Source: an uncultured Syntrophorhabdus sp. (GTDB lineage: Bacteria; Desulfobacterota; BSN033; UBA1163). Taken from it: DNA of 38,157 nucleotides. Position 1 is the stretch's first letter. Each line of letters opens with the position of its first letter. The notes under the pieces are model-generated. The model ran no database searches and was not told the DNA's origin. It saw only the letters and a list, made by a program, of their open reading frames with translations. The position numbers were made by a program, and so were the translations under genes. The stretch covers positions 1 through 38,157 of the forward strand of contig CAZREE010000003.1 in NCBI GenBank assembly GCA_964599175.1, written 5' to 3'. Shown in pieces: positions 1-8,336 of this stretch.

Positions 1-71
1 TTAGGATTTAGCGTTTAGAGTTTTGAGTTTAACCTCGTGTCTCGAGTTGAAATGCTGAGGGATCATAATAA

Positions 72-1043
72 TTGAAGATGGAACAAATACCTGCCTTTGA
101 AGTATTGGAACCTGGCATTCTGACGACGATTCAGGATGGAGGCCGGTTTGGTTTCAGCCAATTTGGAGTTCCCCCTTCCGGAGCCATCGATCCTTTCTCC
201 TTCAAGGTGGCCAACCTGCTGGTCGACAATCGCCGAAATGAGGCCTGCCTGGAAACTGCCCTTGCAGGGCTAAAATTAAAAGCCCTCTGTGACTTCGTCA
301 TTGCCATCACAGGCGGGGATCTCGCTCCCACTCTTAATGGCGAACCCCTCGAGATGTGGAGAACCCATCTCCTCATCGGAGACGATATCATTGCCTTTAA
401 AAAAGTCCGCTCAGGATGCCGCGCCTATCTCGCTATGAGTGGAGGATTCGTCGTCCCTGAGGTGATGGGAAGCAAATCGACCTATCTCTCAGGAAGGTTT
501 GGGGGCCTGGAGGGAAGATCCCTGAAAAAAGGGGACCTCCTCTTCAGACCTGATTCGCCGCCTCCGCTTAACCGTGTTGGAATGCGTTTTCAAGGAGAGC
601 GGATTCCGGTCTTTGAAAGGGAAGCAACGCTCAGGGTGATTCCTGGTCCCCAGGATCACCACTTCACTCAAGAAGGTCTTCAGACCTTCTGCTCTTCAGC
701 CTATGAGGTGTCTCCCCAGTCTGACCGGATGGGGATCCGGCTCAATGGTCCCAGGATTGAGAGAAGGGCCGATGTGGAAGAGTCGATCATCTCGGAGGGT
801 CTCCTCTCCGGCGCCATCCAGGTCCCGGGCGATGGAAAACCGATCATCATCTTAAATGAACTGGTCACCGGCGGCTACACGAAGATCGCTACCATCCTCT
901 CCGCGGATTTAACAAAGGTGGCGCAGCTGAAGCCTGGAGACCGAGTTCGGTTCAAGTCCGTCTCCATCGAAGAGGCCCGCAGATTGCTCAAAGAGCAGGA
1001 AGATCTATTGATGGACTTCGAACATACTATCCAGCTGCGCTAA
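72..1043 (+). CDS. pxpC: 5-oxoprolinase subunit C / KipA-type biotin-dependent carboxyltransferase family protein (allophanate hydrolase subunit 2 fold)
   Basis: 323-aa ORF. Blocks LEPGILTTIQDGGRFG, GVPPSGAID, SDRMGIRL and ELVTGGYTKIA are typical of the PxpC/KipA family. Start is TTG72 (GAGGGA 10 nt upstream) or ATG78. Confidence 0.8.
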   Translation: MKMEQIPAFEVLEPGILTTIQDGGRFGFSQFGVPPSGAIDPFSFKVANLLVDNRRNEACLETALAGLKLKALCDFVIAITGGDLAPTLNGEPLEMWRTHLLIGDDIIAFKKVRSGCRAYLAMSGGFVVPEVMGSKSTYLSGRFGGLEGRSLKKGDLLFRPDSPPPLNRVGMRFQGERIPVFEREATLRVIPGPQDHHFTQEGLQTFCSSAYEVSPQSDRMGIRLNGPRIERRADVEESIISEGLLSGAIQVPGDGKPIIILNELVTGGYTKIATILSADLTKVAQLKPGDRVRFKSVSIEEARRLLKEQEDLLMDFEHTIQLR

Positions 1044-1065
1044 AGGAAGATGAAAGGAATGTCCT

Positions 1066-1845
1066 ATGTCGCCTTCAACACCGATCTACAAAATCTATGC
1101 GGTCAAATATGCGGGTCCCCTCATCAGTTCTGTTGCGATGGTTTTATGGAATACGGACTGGGAGAAGAAGATCGAGAGGAATTATTACCTCTGGGTTTTG
1201 CAGAGCGAGGAAGAGACCCTGATTGTGGACTGCGGCATCACCCCTGCGCTCGCAGAGGCCAGACAGATTCCGGGCTATGTCGATCCGACCGAGATGCTGG
1301 CCCGATTGGGCATCGAAGCATCCGAGGTGAAACGGGTGGTGATCACCCATGTCAATTTTGATCACATCAGCGGAATCGAACTCTTCCCCAAAGCCACCTT
1401 CTATCTTCAGGAGAAGGAATTCGACTTCTGGATCAAGGACCCAATCAGCCAAAAGCCCCCTTTCCTCAAGTTCTCCGATCCTGTGGGAAACCGCTATCTC
1501 GCCCGACTCGAAGGCACAGAGAGGTTGATCCTTGTCCGTGGAGACCGGGAGATTCTTCCGGGCATTGAACTTCTCCTGGCGCCGGGCCATTCTCCAGGCT
1601 TACAGGTCGTCGCCGTCAATACCGCCTGCGGCATAGCCGTGGTGGGTTCGGATTGCGCCCATCTTTTCAGAAATTATGAAGAGGAGATCCCGAGCTGTTT
1701 CATCATCGACCTGATTGCCTGGATGAAGACCTATGAAAAAATAAAATCGAAAGCCTCTTCTTTGGACCTCCTCTTTCCAGGACATGACCGGAAAATGTTG
1801 ACCGATTATCCGAAGGTGGCCGAGGACATCACGCGTCTTGTTTAA
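1066..1845 (+). CDS. MBL-fold metallo-hydrolase (lactonase-like)
   Basis: 259-aa ORF with MBL-like blocks LIVDCG, VITHVNFDHISG (variant of HxHxDH), APGHSPG, GSDCAH and FPGHD. Confidence 0.6.
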   Translation: MSPSTPIYKIYAVKYAGPLISSVAMVLWNTDWEKKIERNYYLWVLQSEEETLIVDCGITPALAEARQIPGYVDPTEMLARLGIEASEVKRVVITHVNFDHISGIELFPKATFYLQEKEFDFWIKDPISQKPPFLKFSDPVGNRYLARLEGTERLILVRGDREILPGIELLLAPGHSPGLQVVAVNTACGIAVVGSDCAHLFRNYEEEIPSCFIIDLIAWMKTYEKIKSKASSLDLLFPGHDRKMLTDYPKVAEDITRLV

Positions 1846-3800
1846 GGATTGGAGGGAATCTCAAACTCATAGAGAAAGGCGTGGGAGCCGAAATAGATCG
1901 TTCTGCCCGAAATGGCCATGCCCGAGGTGATTGACACAGGAGGTTTTGCCATTGGAAAAACCTCGCCTTTTTTAGGCTCAATGAAAAAGATCATCTCCTG
2001 TGTAAGCCCATACAGCAATCCATCCGGTCCCATCTGAAGGGAGACTTCAACCGGCATTTTCAGCCCGAGATCAAAAACCTTTTTCACTTCTCGCTTCTCC
2101 GGATCGAATATAAAGGCCTTTTCATTATCCGTAATCCCATAGAGAATGCCATCCGGAGCTGCGGCAAGGGAGAGAATGGTTCTCGCCCCGGGAACAGGCA
2201 CGATCTCGAAGAGTTTCTTTTCCTCCCTGGGATCCCAGAGGATGAGTCTGGCCTCCTTTTCGACGGCCCGTGTTCCGCCTCCGCCCCGGACCGAACCTCC
2301 TCCGGCGATGAGATCGAGTTTTTCAAGATAGGCCAGGGAGGCGATGCTCTGATTCTGAATGATATGCCGGTAGACCCTCTTCTCCTTCTTCTTCAGATCA
2401 TAGACGCTGATCGCGCCGCCATGAAGGCCATAATCAGGATAAGTTCCGATGAAGAGCTTTCCGTGAGGTCCTGCAATCATTGCCCTTGGCCGGTCCTGCC
2501 CTTCCCCCAGGGGACCTAAGTCTCGTGGATTGGCCTCTTCTCCGTCCCCGAATCTTAAGGGCCTTTTAGGGTCGAAGACCGAAAGCCGTGACCCCGGATA
2601 AGAGCAGAGGTAGAGCCTCCCCTCATAAGATCCCATCGAGTAGATCTGGCCGCCGGCATAGGCGGCTCTCCCGAGGTTGGTGAGAGATTCGTTTGCGGGA
2701 TCATAAACAAAAAGCCTCAGGGGAAGCATACTGCTTCCGTAGATCCTTTGATCCGGGCCCGAACTGACCATAAAGAGAAAAGCGCCGGAAGCCTCGTGCC
2801 GGAGGGAAATCTCCCTCTCCTCCTTCGTGGCCGGGTTCTGGATTTTAAGCAGATGGGAGTCCACAACATGAAACTGCCGACCGTCCGGAAGGCCCCTTTT
2901 AGGAAATGGGATTTGGGATTCTGAAACCTCCAGGAGATTCTTTCCGTCTTCGATGCGAAACCATTTTGCCGATGGAAGCCTGGCATAGACCTTTCCATCT
3001 GTTCCTCCGGTCAGGCTGAGCCAGCCCGATCTTCGCTCCTCAGGGGGGATGAGGGACGTCTTGGTCTCTTTCACAGGGTCAAAGACAACGATATCCGTCT
3101 TTTCAAACCGGATTGCGCAATAGATCAGGCCATCGCTTCCTGCTGTCGGGTAACAGTAGAACTGCCTGGCATCCATCCGGCCGTAGTCCTTCGTCTCGCC
3201 CGTCTTCGGATCGAAGGAGAAGAGTTTGGCAGAGGGAAAGGTCCCGCCCCAGATCTTTCCATCCGGCGCTGTGGTCAACGAGCAGATGAAGGACTCGCTC
3301 TCTCCTGCGGGCCGTCCCAGATCTTCCCATCTCTCGGTCTTTGGATCGAAGCGCAGGAGATGGGCACGATAGTAGCTTCCGAGATAGATCCGGTTCTCCT
3401 GATCGATGGTAAATCCCCAGGAGCCCATCTCATCGGGAAGGGGGCCATTGAATTGACGGATCTCGCCGGTGTCGGGATGAACAGCCAGCAGGGAGACCGA
3501 TTCTCTGTAACGGCCAAGGACAATATAGAGGGTATCCATTCTGCAGGTTCTTCCAGGTCCGACATAACTGCCCCAGGAGATCCCTTCTTTGACCGGCGCG
3601 CCAAGATTACGAAACGCAAAAGAGAGTTCGGAGGAGAAGTTTAAAAAGGTAAAAATGAGAAGCAATCGAAAAAATATGAATGAACCTGTGGATCTTTTCC
3701 CCTTTCTATCGGAGGCGGTGTCGCAGGCGCACGATAGGTTGCGATGCCATCTCTCGAGGGAAGGAATGAGGGGAAGCTGTAAGGAAGAGCGCCTGCACAC
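1842..3800 (-). CDS. secreted or anchored beta-propeller repeat protein (Vgb/NHL-like blades)
   Basis: 652-aa ORF with a GTG start 3 nt after the upstream gene's stop. A hydrophobic segment FIFFRLLLIFTFLNF..SFA is followed by at least 8 blade motifs (APDGKIWGGT, GSDGLIYCA, GTDGKVYAR, GPDQRIYGSS, GPHGKLFIGT, APDGILYGIT, GPDGLLYGLT, SGRTIYFGS). Exact start uncertain. Confidence 0.6.
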   Translation of the reverse strand: MCRRSSLQLPLIPSLERWHRNLSCACDTASDRKGKRSTGSFIFFRLLLIFTFLNFSSELSFAFRNLGAPVKEGISWGSYVGPGRTCRMDTLYIVLGRYRESVSLLAVHPDTGEIRQFNGPLPDEMGSWGFTIDQENRIYLGSYYRAHLLRFDPKTERWEDLGRPAGESESFICSLTTAPDGKIWGGTFPSAKLFSFDPKTGETKDYGRMDARQFYCYPTAGSDGLIYCAIRFEKTDIVVFDPVKETKTSLIPPEERRSGWLSLTGGTDGKVYARLPSAKWFRIEDGKNLLEVSESQIPFPKRGLPDGRQFHVVDSHLLKIQNPATKEEREISLRHEASGAFLFMVSSGPDQRIYGSSMLPLRLFVYDPANESLTNLGRAAYAGGQIYSMGSYEGRLYLCSYPGSRLSVFDPKRPLRFGDGEEANPRDLGPLGEGQDRPRAMIAGPHGKLFIGTYPDYGLHGGAISVYDLKKKEKRVYRHIIQNQSIASLAYLEKLDLIAGGGSVRGGGGTRAVEKEARLILWDPREEKKLFEIVPVPGARTILSLAAAPDGILYGITDNEKAFIFDPEKREVKKVFDLGLKMPVEVSLQMGPDGLLYGLTQEMIFFIEPKKGEVFPMAKPPVSITSGMAISGRTIYFGSHAFLYEFEIPSNP

Positions 3801-3803
3801 CGG

Positions 3804-4790
3804 TTAAATCCCTGATTCTCCCTCTGAAGAATTCGATTCTGATGAAACAGGCAGATCGGATGAGGTCGTGGGTTCTGAGGGAGCCCCGGCCGCGGCGGCA
3901 GGTTGAGGCTTTTCCCTTCGTTGTCTTGGACGCCAACGGGGTTTTTGGGGGGGGCGTTTCTTTTGAGATTTTCTCTCTAACAAAACCTCCCTCTCTTTCA
4001 ACTCTTTTAATTCTTCTATCTTCCCCTTTCCCTCCTCTTTCCCGAAACCGACGACCACATAGGTGCCGCTTCTGGCATCGGTCCGGAGATGAACGACCCC
4101 CTCTTTTTCGGCATCCTCCAGAAGGTCACTGAAGGTCCGGTAGCCGTGGTAGGACTCATTGAAGGAAGGTTTCTTTCGTTTGATGGTCTCTTTCACCATA
4201 GAGGACCAGAGAACTTCCTTGTTTTCGCGGACGAGGGCCACGACGGAATCGACCAGGAGTTGAAATGCCTCTCTTTTCTTCTCGGGCATATCCTTCTCAA
4301 TTTTTGGAGGCGTGCCGATCGATCTTTCCAGATCTTCGTAGTAGATAAATTCGTCGCAGTTATCGACCAAAAGGTTGGAGCTGGATTCTTTCATCCCCAA
4401 ACCGATGGCCCGCTTCCCGTTCTCCTTCAGTTTGGAGACGAGGGGGGAGAAGTCACTGTCGCCGGAGACGATGACAAAGGTGTCGATATGCTCCTTCGAA
4501 TAGCAGAGGTCAATGGCATCGACACAGAGCCGGATGTCCGCGGAATTCTTTCCGGTCATCGCCCGCTTCGGGATCTCGATCAATTCGATGGCCGCCTCGT
4601 GAAGGGGCTTCTTATACTCCGCATAATCGGCCCAATCGGCATAGGCCTTCTTGACGATGATCTTTCCCTTCTCGACCAGTCGTTCGAGGACCTTCTGAAT
4701 GTCGAAGCGCTTGTCCTTCTTCCCCCTGAATCCAAGGGCGAGGTTCTCAAAATCGATGAAGACCGCCAGGGTATGTTCAGCTTCAGCCAT
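3804..4790 (-). CDS. NYN (LabA/DUF88) nuclease-fold protein with C-terminal OST-HTH/LOTUS-like domain and basic Pro-rich tail
   Basis: ATG at 4788-4790 is preceded by AGGAGA. The NYN core is LAVFIDFENL...TGKNSADIRL...VIVSGDSDFSPLV. The OST-HTH-like part is FNESYHGYRTFSDLLEDAEKEGVV. The 427-aa ORF-track version adds 99 unsupported N-terminal codons. Confidence 0.75.
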   Translation of the reverse strand: MAEAEHTLAVFIDFENLALGFRGKKDKRFDIQKVLERLVEKGKIIVKKAYADWADYAEYKKPLHEAAIELIEIPKRAMTGKNSADIRLCVDAIDLCYSKEHIDTFVIVSGDSDFSPLVSKLKENGKRAIGLGMKESSSNLLVDNCDEFIYYEDLERSIGTPPKIEKDMPEKKREAFQLLVDSVVALVRENKEVLWSSMVKETIKRKKPSFNESYHGYRTFSDLLEDAEKEGVVHLRTDARSGTYVVVGFGKEEGKGKIEELKELKEREVLLERKSQKKRPPQKPRWRPRQRREKPQPAAAAGAPSEPTTSSDLPVSSESNSSEGESGI

Positions 4791-5090
4791 TGTCTCTCCT
4801 TTCTTATAAAACATCCTACAATCAAACGACGGATTTGTAAACCCCCTTATTTTACCAGCCGTGTATCGCTTCACTCTTCCGTAGTAAATTACTCGCAATC
4901 GCGTAGAACTGCCTGCTGGCAGCCATTGAGAGACCACGTGTGCACGGCATGAATAATTGCTTGCGTATGAAAGTCCCTTACAGGTCTTTATGACAGAAAG
5001 GGTTATCTGATTTAATCTCCTGCACTTTAGTCCAAATAGAGAGCTAAAAATTGAAAAGAAGCGAAAAAGTGTTGACAAAATTAACAATAT

Positions 5091-5337
5091 GGTGTTGATA
5101 TTTTCAACGCTTAAATTTGTTTATAATTTAAGCATTTAAGACGATTTTCACCTACAATAGTGTAGAAAAATTAAGCAAAATAAGATTAAATCCTTTAAAA
5201 ATAAAATATTAAAATATTCTTTTTTAGCTTCTAACATATTGTAATTACTTATAATTAAATTATTTATAAAAAAATATTTAAATTTTGGCTCGTTTCTTGA
5301 GAATAGAAATAAGTGAGAACATAAAAATTAAAGCCAA
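5091..5337. promoter_or_regulatory. very AT-rich divergent intergenic region (candidate promoter/operator region for the GcvH-like array and/or the NYN gene)
   Basis: Long A/T runs, visibly far more AT-rich than flanking genes. TTGACA at 5072-5077 is followed by TGnTGATAT-like at 5093-5101. Small inverted repeats: gcttaaatt/aatttaagc (5109-5133) and ctaca/tgtag (5152-5166). Confidence 0.35.
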
Positions 5338-5367
5338 ATGGAGCAAGAAGAAAGAGAGGTGAGCAAA

Positions 5368-5529
5368 ATGGTTATTATCTTAGTTGCCTTAACATTCATC
5401 GTAGCGATCCTTGCAAAGGTCATCATTCAGTTTCCGGCTCAAAAGAGAGTGAGCGCCAGAGTTGAGCCTGAGAGGGAGTGGATGGTCATTTCTCCGGTAG
5501 CAATGATGCCTAAGGGCATGAGAGCCTGA
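5368..5529 (+). CDS. small single-pass membrane protein, a truncated duplicate of the N-terminal anchor of the next gene
   Basis: ATG5368 is preceded by GAGAGG. The start MVIILVALTFIVAIL... aligns with MVVLLVGFTFIGAIL... of the 5558 gene at both protein and DNA level. May be a relic rather than functional. Confidence 0.4.
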   Translation: MVIILVALTFIVAILAKVIIQFPAQKRVSARVEPEREWMVISPVAMMPKGMRA

Positions 5530-5557
5530 GGCGATCCATCAAGAAAGGAGGGGAAAA

Positions 5558-6250
5558 ATGGTTGTTCTCTTAGTTGGCTTCACATTCATCGGTGCAATTT
5601 TGGTGGCAGCGATCCTACGCCATCGGGCTGAGAAAAGAGAGGTGTTGAGGGTAGGGGCAGAAAGGAGCTGGGAGGCTGGTCCGGTAGCAGTGGTGTCTCA
5701 TTTTGAAAGGATGCCCCTGTTTCCCAAAGAGGTCTACTATCATGATGGACACACCTGGGCAAGGCTTGAAGAGGGCGATAAGGTAAGAGTGGGTCTTGAT
5801 GATTTCACTCAGCAGGTAATGGGGGATATTCAGGACATTGAGATTCCCAGGGTTGGTACTTATTTAAATCAGGGGGAGGCGGCCTGGAAACTTCGCCATG
5901 ATAAGAGGAAATTGAGCCAATTGGCTCCTCTGGGTGGAACAGTCGTGGAGGTAAATGAAAAACTGATGAAAGATCCTTCTCTTGCTAACCGTTCTCCTTA
6001 TGAAGAGGGATGGGTTCTGAAGATTGAACCGAAAGCTCTCGGCGATGAGATGCCGAAATTGATGGACTCCTTTCAATTTAAGATGCATTTTGAGCAGGTT
6101 AAGGCCAAGTTGATCTCCTCCTTGAATGACGAGGCAGTGGGCAGAGTCTATGCGGATGGAGGAGAGTTGATAAAAGGCGCTTCAGCCAAATTAGACGATC
6201 GTTTATGGAAGATATTGGTGACCCAGTTATTCCATTCCAATCCAGATTGA
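5558..6250 (+). CDS. membrane-anchored GcvH-fold (glycine cleavage H-like / single hybrid motif) protein, paralog 1
   Basis: GGAGGGG RBS and an N-terminal TM helix. GcvH-like blocks are YYHDGHTWARLEEGDKVRVGLDDFTQ and APLGGTVVEVNEKLMKDPSLANRSPYEEGWVLKIEP. The canonical ESVKA lipoyl motif is replaced by RHDKRK. Confidence 0.7.
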   Translation: MVVLLVGFTFIGAILVAAILRHRAEKREVLRVGAERSWEAGPVAVVSHFERMPLFPKEVYYHDGHTWARLEEGDKVRVGLDDFTQQVMGDIQDIEIPRVGTYLNQGEAAWKLRHDKRKLSQLAPLGGTVVEVNEKLMKDPSLANRSPYEEGWVLKIEPKALGDEMPKLMDSFQFKMHFEQVKAKLISSLNDEAVGRVYADGGELIKGASAKLDDRLWKILVTQLFHSNPD

Positions 6251-6275
6251 TGAAAAGAAGAAGGGGGGTTTTCCG

Positions 6276-6971
6276 ATGGACGGTTTCAGTTACGTAGACA
6301 TCTTTGCAACGAAACAATTTGAATATCTGCTTGTGATCAGTTTTTTGCTTCTCTTTATTCCTTTCATGAGGTATTTGAACAGACCAGCGAGAGCAGTCTT
6401 TGAGGCCGCTGAAAAAGTGGTTCCTGCGATCAGCGCATGGTTTCGGCTTCCAGAGGAGTACTATTATCACCTTGGGCACAGTTGGGCCGTTCCAGAGAGT
6501 AAGCATGTGGTGAAGGTAGGCATGGACGATTTCGCTCAAAAACTGGTGGGAAAAATCGATGTGATTCAGCCCCCCCCCATTGGGTCAACCTTGAGTCAAG
6601 GGGAAAAGGGGTGGGCTTTAAACGTAGATTCAAAAACTCTTGATATGCTTTCACCGGTAGACGGAAAAGTTGTGGCCGTCAATGAAGAGCTGGTTAAATC
6701 GCCTGAAAACATCAATAAAGACCCTTACAACAATTGGCTGGTGAAAGTTGAAGCCCCTCGATTTTCAGTCAATAAGAGGCAGTTGTTTCATGGAACCATG
6801 GCGAAAAAATGGATTGAAGAGGTAAGGGAAAATCTTCTTTCGAGGATGAATTACAATCTTGGTACGGTCTATCAGGATGGAGGGATACTGGTTGACGGCA
6901 TGGCAAAAAATCTCGATCGAGAAAAGTGGAATGAGATCGTCAAAGACTATTTTTTGGTTTCGGAAGCTTAA
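6276..6971 (+). CDS. membrane-anchored GcvH-fold protein, paralog 2
   Basis: N-terminal TM helix (YLLVISFLLLFIPF). GcvH-like blocks are YYYHLGHSWAV...VKVGMDDFAQ and SPVDGKVVAVNEELVKSPENINKDPYNNWLVKVE. It shares the C-terminal VYQDGG tail with paralogs 1 and 3. Confidence 0.7.
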   Translation: MDGFSYVDIFATKQFEYLLVISFLLLFIPFMRYLNRPARAVFEAAEKVVPAISAWFRLPEEYYYHLGHSWAVPESKHVVKVGMDDFAQKLVGKIDVIQPPPIGSTLSQGEKGWALNVDSKTLDMLSPVDGKVVAVNEELVKSPENINKDPYNNWLVKVEAPRFSVNKRQLFHGTMAKKWIEEVRENLLSRMNYNLGTVYQDGGILVDGMAKNLDREKWNEIVKDYFLVSEA

Positions 6972-7051
6972 AACAGTTGCTTTGGCCCTAATAAAAAGCC
7001 GTGAAGATCATCAATAAAACATATTAGGGTGAAGAAGAGGTGGATCAGAAA

Positions 7052-7933
7052 ATGAATGCATCCCAGAAAATGGAAAGTGACCAACTCATACCCAAGAAAG
7101 AACTAAAGTGTGTCTGGATGACTGCGGGTTTCATCTCTTATAAACTCTGCAAATATGACCTGCAGTGTGAGAAATGTCCTCTGGATTGGGAACTCAGGAA
7201 CCTCTCTACGTCTCCCTCTTTTGGTTCAACAGTCTCTACGGAAGCGAAAAATCGGAGACCGAGAGAGACGGGGCCGACTCCTCTATTGGAAAAGGAAGGA
7301 GAAGAGGAAGGGGAGACAGGGGGAAGGGAGACCCCTTCCCATTTAAACATAAAAGGATCCCTTTTTTACCATCCTGGGCATACCTGGATAAAGGTGGAAA
7401 AGGCTGATGAAGTCCGGGTGGGTATTGACAATTTCTTGGGAGGATTGATAGGGAAAGTCAACGCCGTTGTGCTTCCTCTATCTGGAAGGCGGTGTATGCG
7501 GGGAGAGCCCCTCTGTTCAATTATCCAAGAAGAGGGGATTGTGGATATTATTTCCCCGGTCAGCGGATCCATTCTTTCGGTCAACAAGAAATTGAAAGAC
7601 CATCCCGAGTTGATCAGTCAGGACCCCCTGGGAGCAGGGTTTTTGCTGACCCTGAAACCCAAAGATTTTCAGCGAGACCAAAAAAACTTATTCTTTGGAG
7701 AAGAGGCCTTTTCCTGGTGCCGCAAAGAATGGGAACGTTTTAAAGAGGCTGCCATTTCAGAGCTTCACCATGGGCAAGAGCGGCTTGGTATGACCATGCA
7801 GGACGGAGGGATAAAACTGAGAGATATAAAAAAATTAATTGAACCGGAGCGATATATTCGGCTGATTAACGCCTTTCTGCGAAAAGAAGTAGAAAAATCA
7901 TACCCTTTTAAGCCCAAAAGTGATTTTAACTAA
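7052..7933 (+). CDS. GcvH-fold protein, paralog 3, with a Cys-rich N-terminal module instead of a TM anchor
   Basis: ATG7052 with GAGGTGG about 9 nt upstream (GTG7040 also possible). N-terminus has CVWMTAGFISYKLCKYDLQCEKCP, then an acidic linker. GcvH-like blocks are FYHPGHTWIKVE...VRVGIDNF and SPVSGSILSVNKKLKDHPELISQDPLGAGFLLTLKP. No Lys at the lipoyl position. Confidence 0.65.
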   Translation: MNASQKMESDQLIPKKELKCVWMTAGFISYKLCKYDLQCEKCPLDWELRNLSTSPSFGSTVSTEAKNRRPRETGPTPLLEKEGEEEGETGGRETPSHLNIKGSLFYHPGHTWIKVEKADEVRVGIDNFLGGLIGKVNAVVLPLSGRRCMRGEPLCSIIQEEGIVDIISPVSGSILSVNKKLKDHPELISQDPLGAGFLLTLKPKDFQRDQKNLFFGEEAFSWCRKEWERFKEAAISELHHGQERLGMTMQDGGIKLRDIKKLIEPERYIRLINAFLRKEVEKSYPFKPKSDFN

Positions 7934-8336
7934 GCATCCGACCTTGACATCACTCTCTCATGAGAGCCATAAAGCCCCCCTCTATCAGAACATATAACAT
8001 TGTTCTCAAACACCCTGACAGGTAGGGCGAAAGGCCTGCTATTCCTCACCATCTCTAATTCCCCCTTTCATTTCCCTATACAGAGCTCTGGATTGCGGAG
8101 TTGTTCAGCACTTACTGTCCTCGAAGTTCAATCGGGAGTGAAGAAGAGGGAGGAGGAAAAGACCCACCATTTTCAAACATCTTTAAAAATTTTCATTTAT
8201 CACTTAGGTTTCAACGACCTTACGGTCAGAAAACTCAACAAAGGCTCTGTTTTCGCAAATTGACAGGTTAGGGGAATTATAGTATTTTTAATCACATAAA
8301 GAGGTTAGAGAATTAGGAGTTCCCCTATTATGTTTA

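Noticed and set aside
4089-4952. 287-aa + strand ORF (with smaller ones at 3842-4132 and 4580-4825).
   Set aside because: It lies entirely antisense to the NYN/OST-HTH gene, which has clear domain motifs and an RBS. The + strand translation is low-complexity with no motifs. It is a shadow ORF.
4791-5087. 99-codon N-terminal extension of the NYN ORF in the ORF track.
   Set aside because: The extension runs into the AT-rich spacer and is hydrophobic, junk-like sequence. The internal ATG at 4790 has an AGGAGA RBS and coincides with the start of the NYN domain.
5558-7933. Annotating the three genes simply as glycine cleavage system protein H (gcvH).
   Set aside because: They have N-terminal anchors, an extra conserved C-terminal domain and no ESVKA-type lipoyl motif. 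There is no gcvT/gcvP context. The fold assignment is kept, but the GcvH function is not supported.
8000-8263. 87-aa TTG-start ORF in the 650-bp gap.
   Set aside because: It has no RBS and a non-canonical start. Its sequence is low-complexity and overlaps a degenerate pyrimidine/purine palindrome. The region is treated as non-coding.
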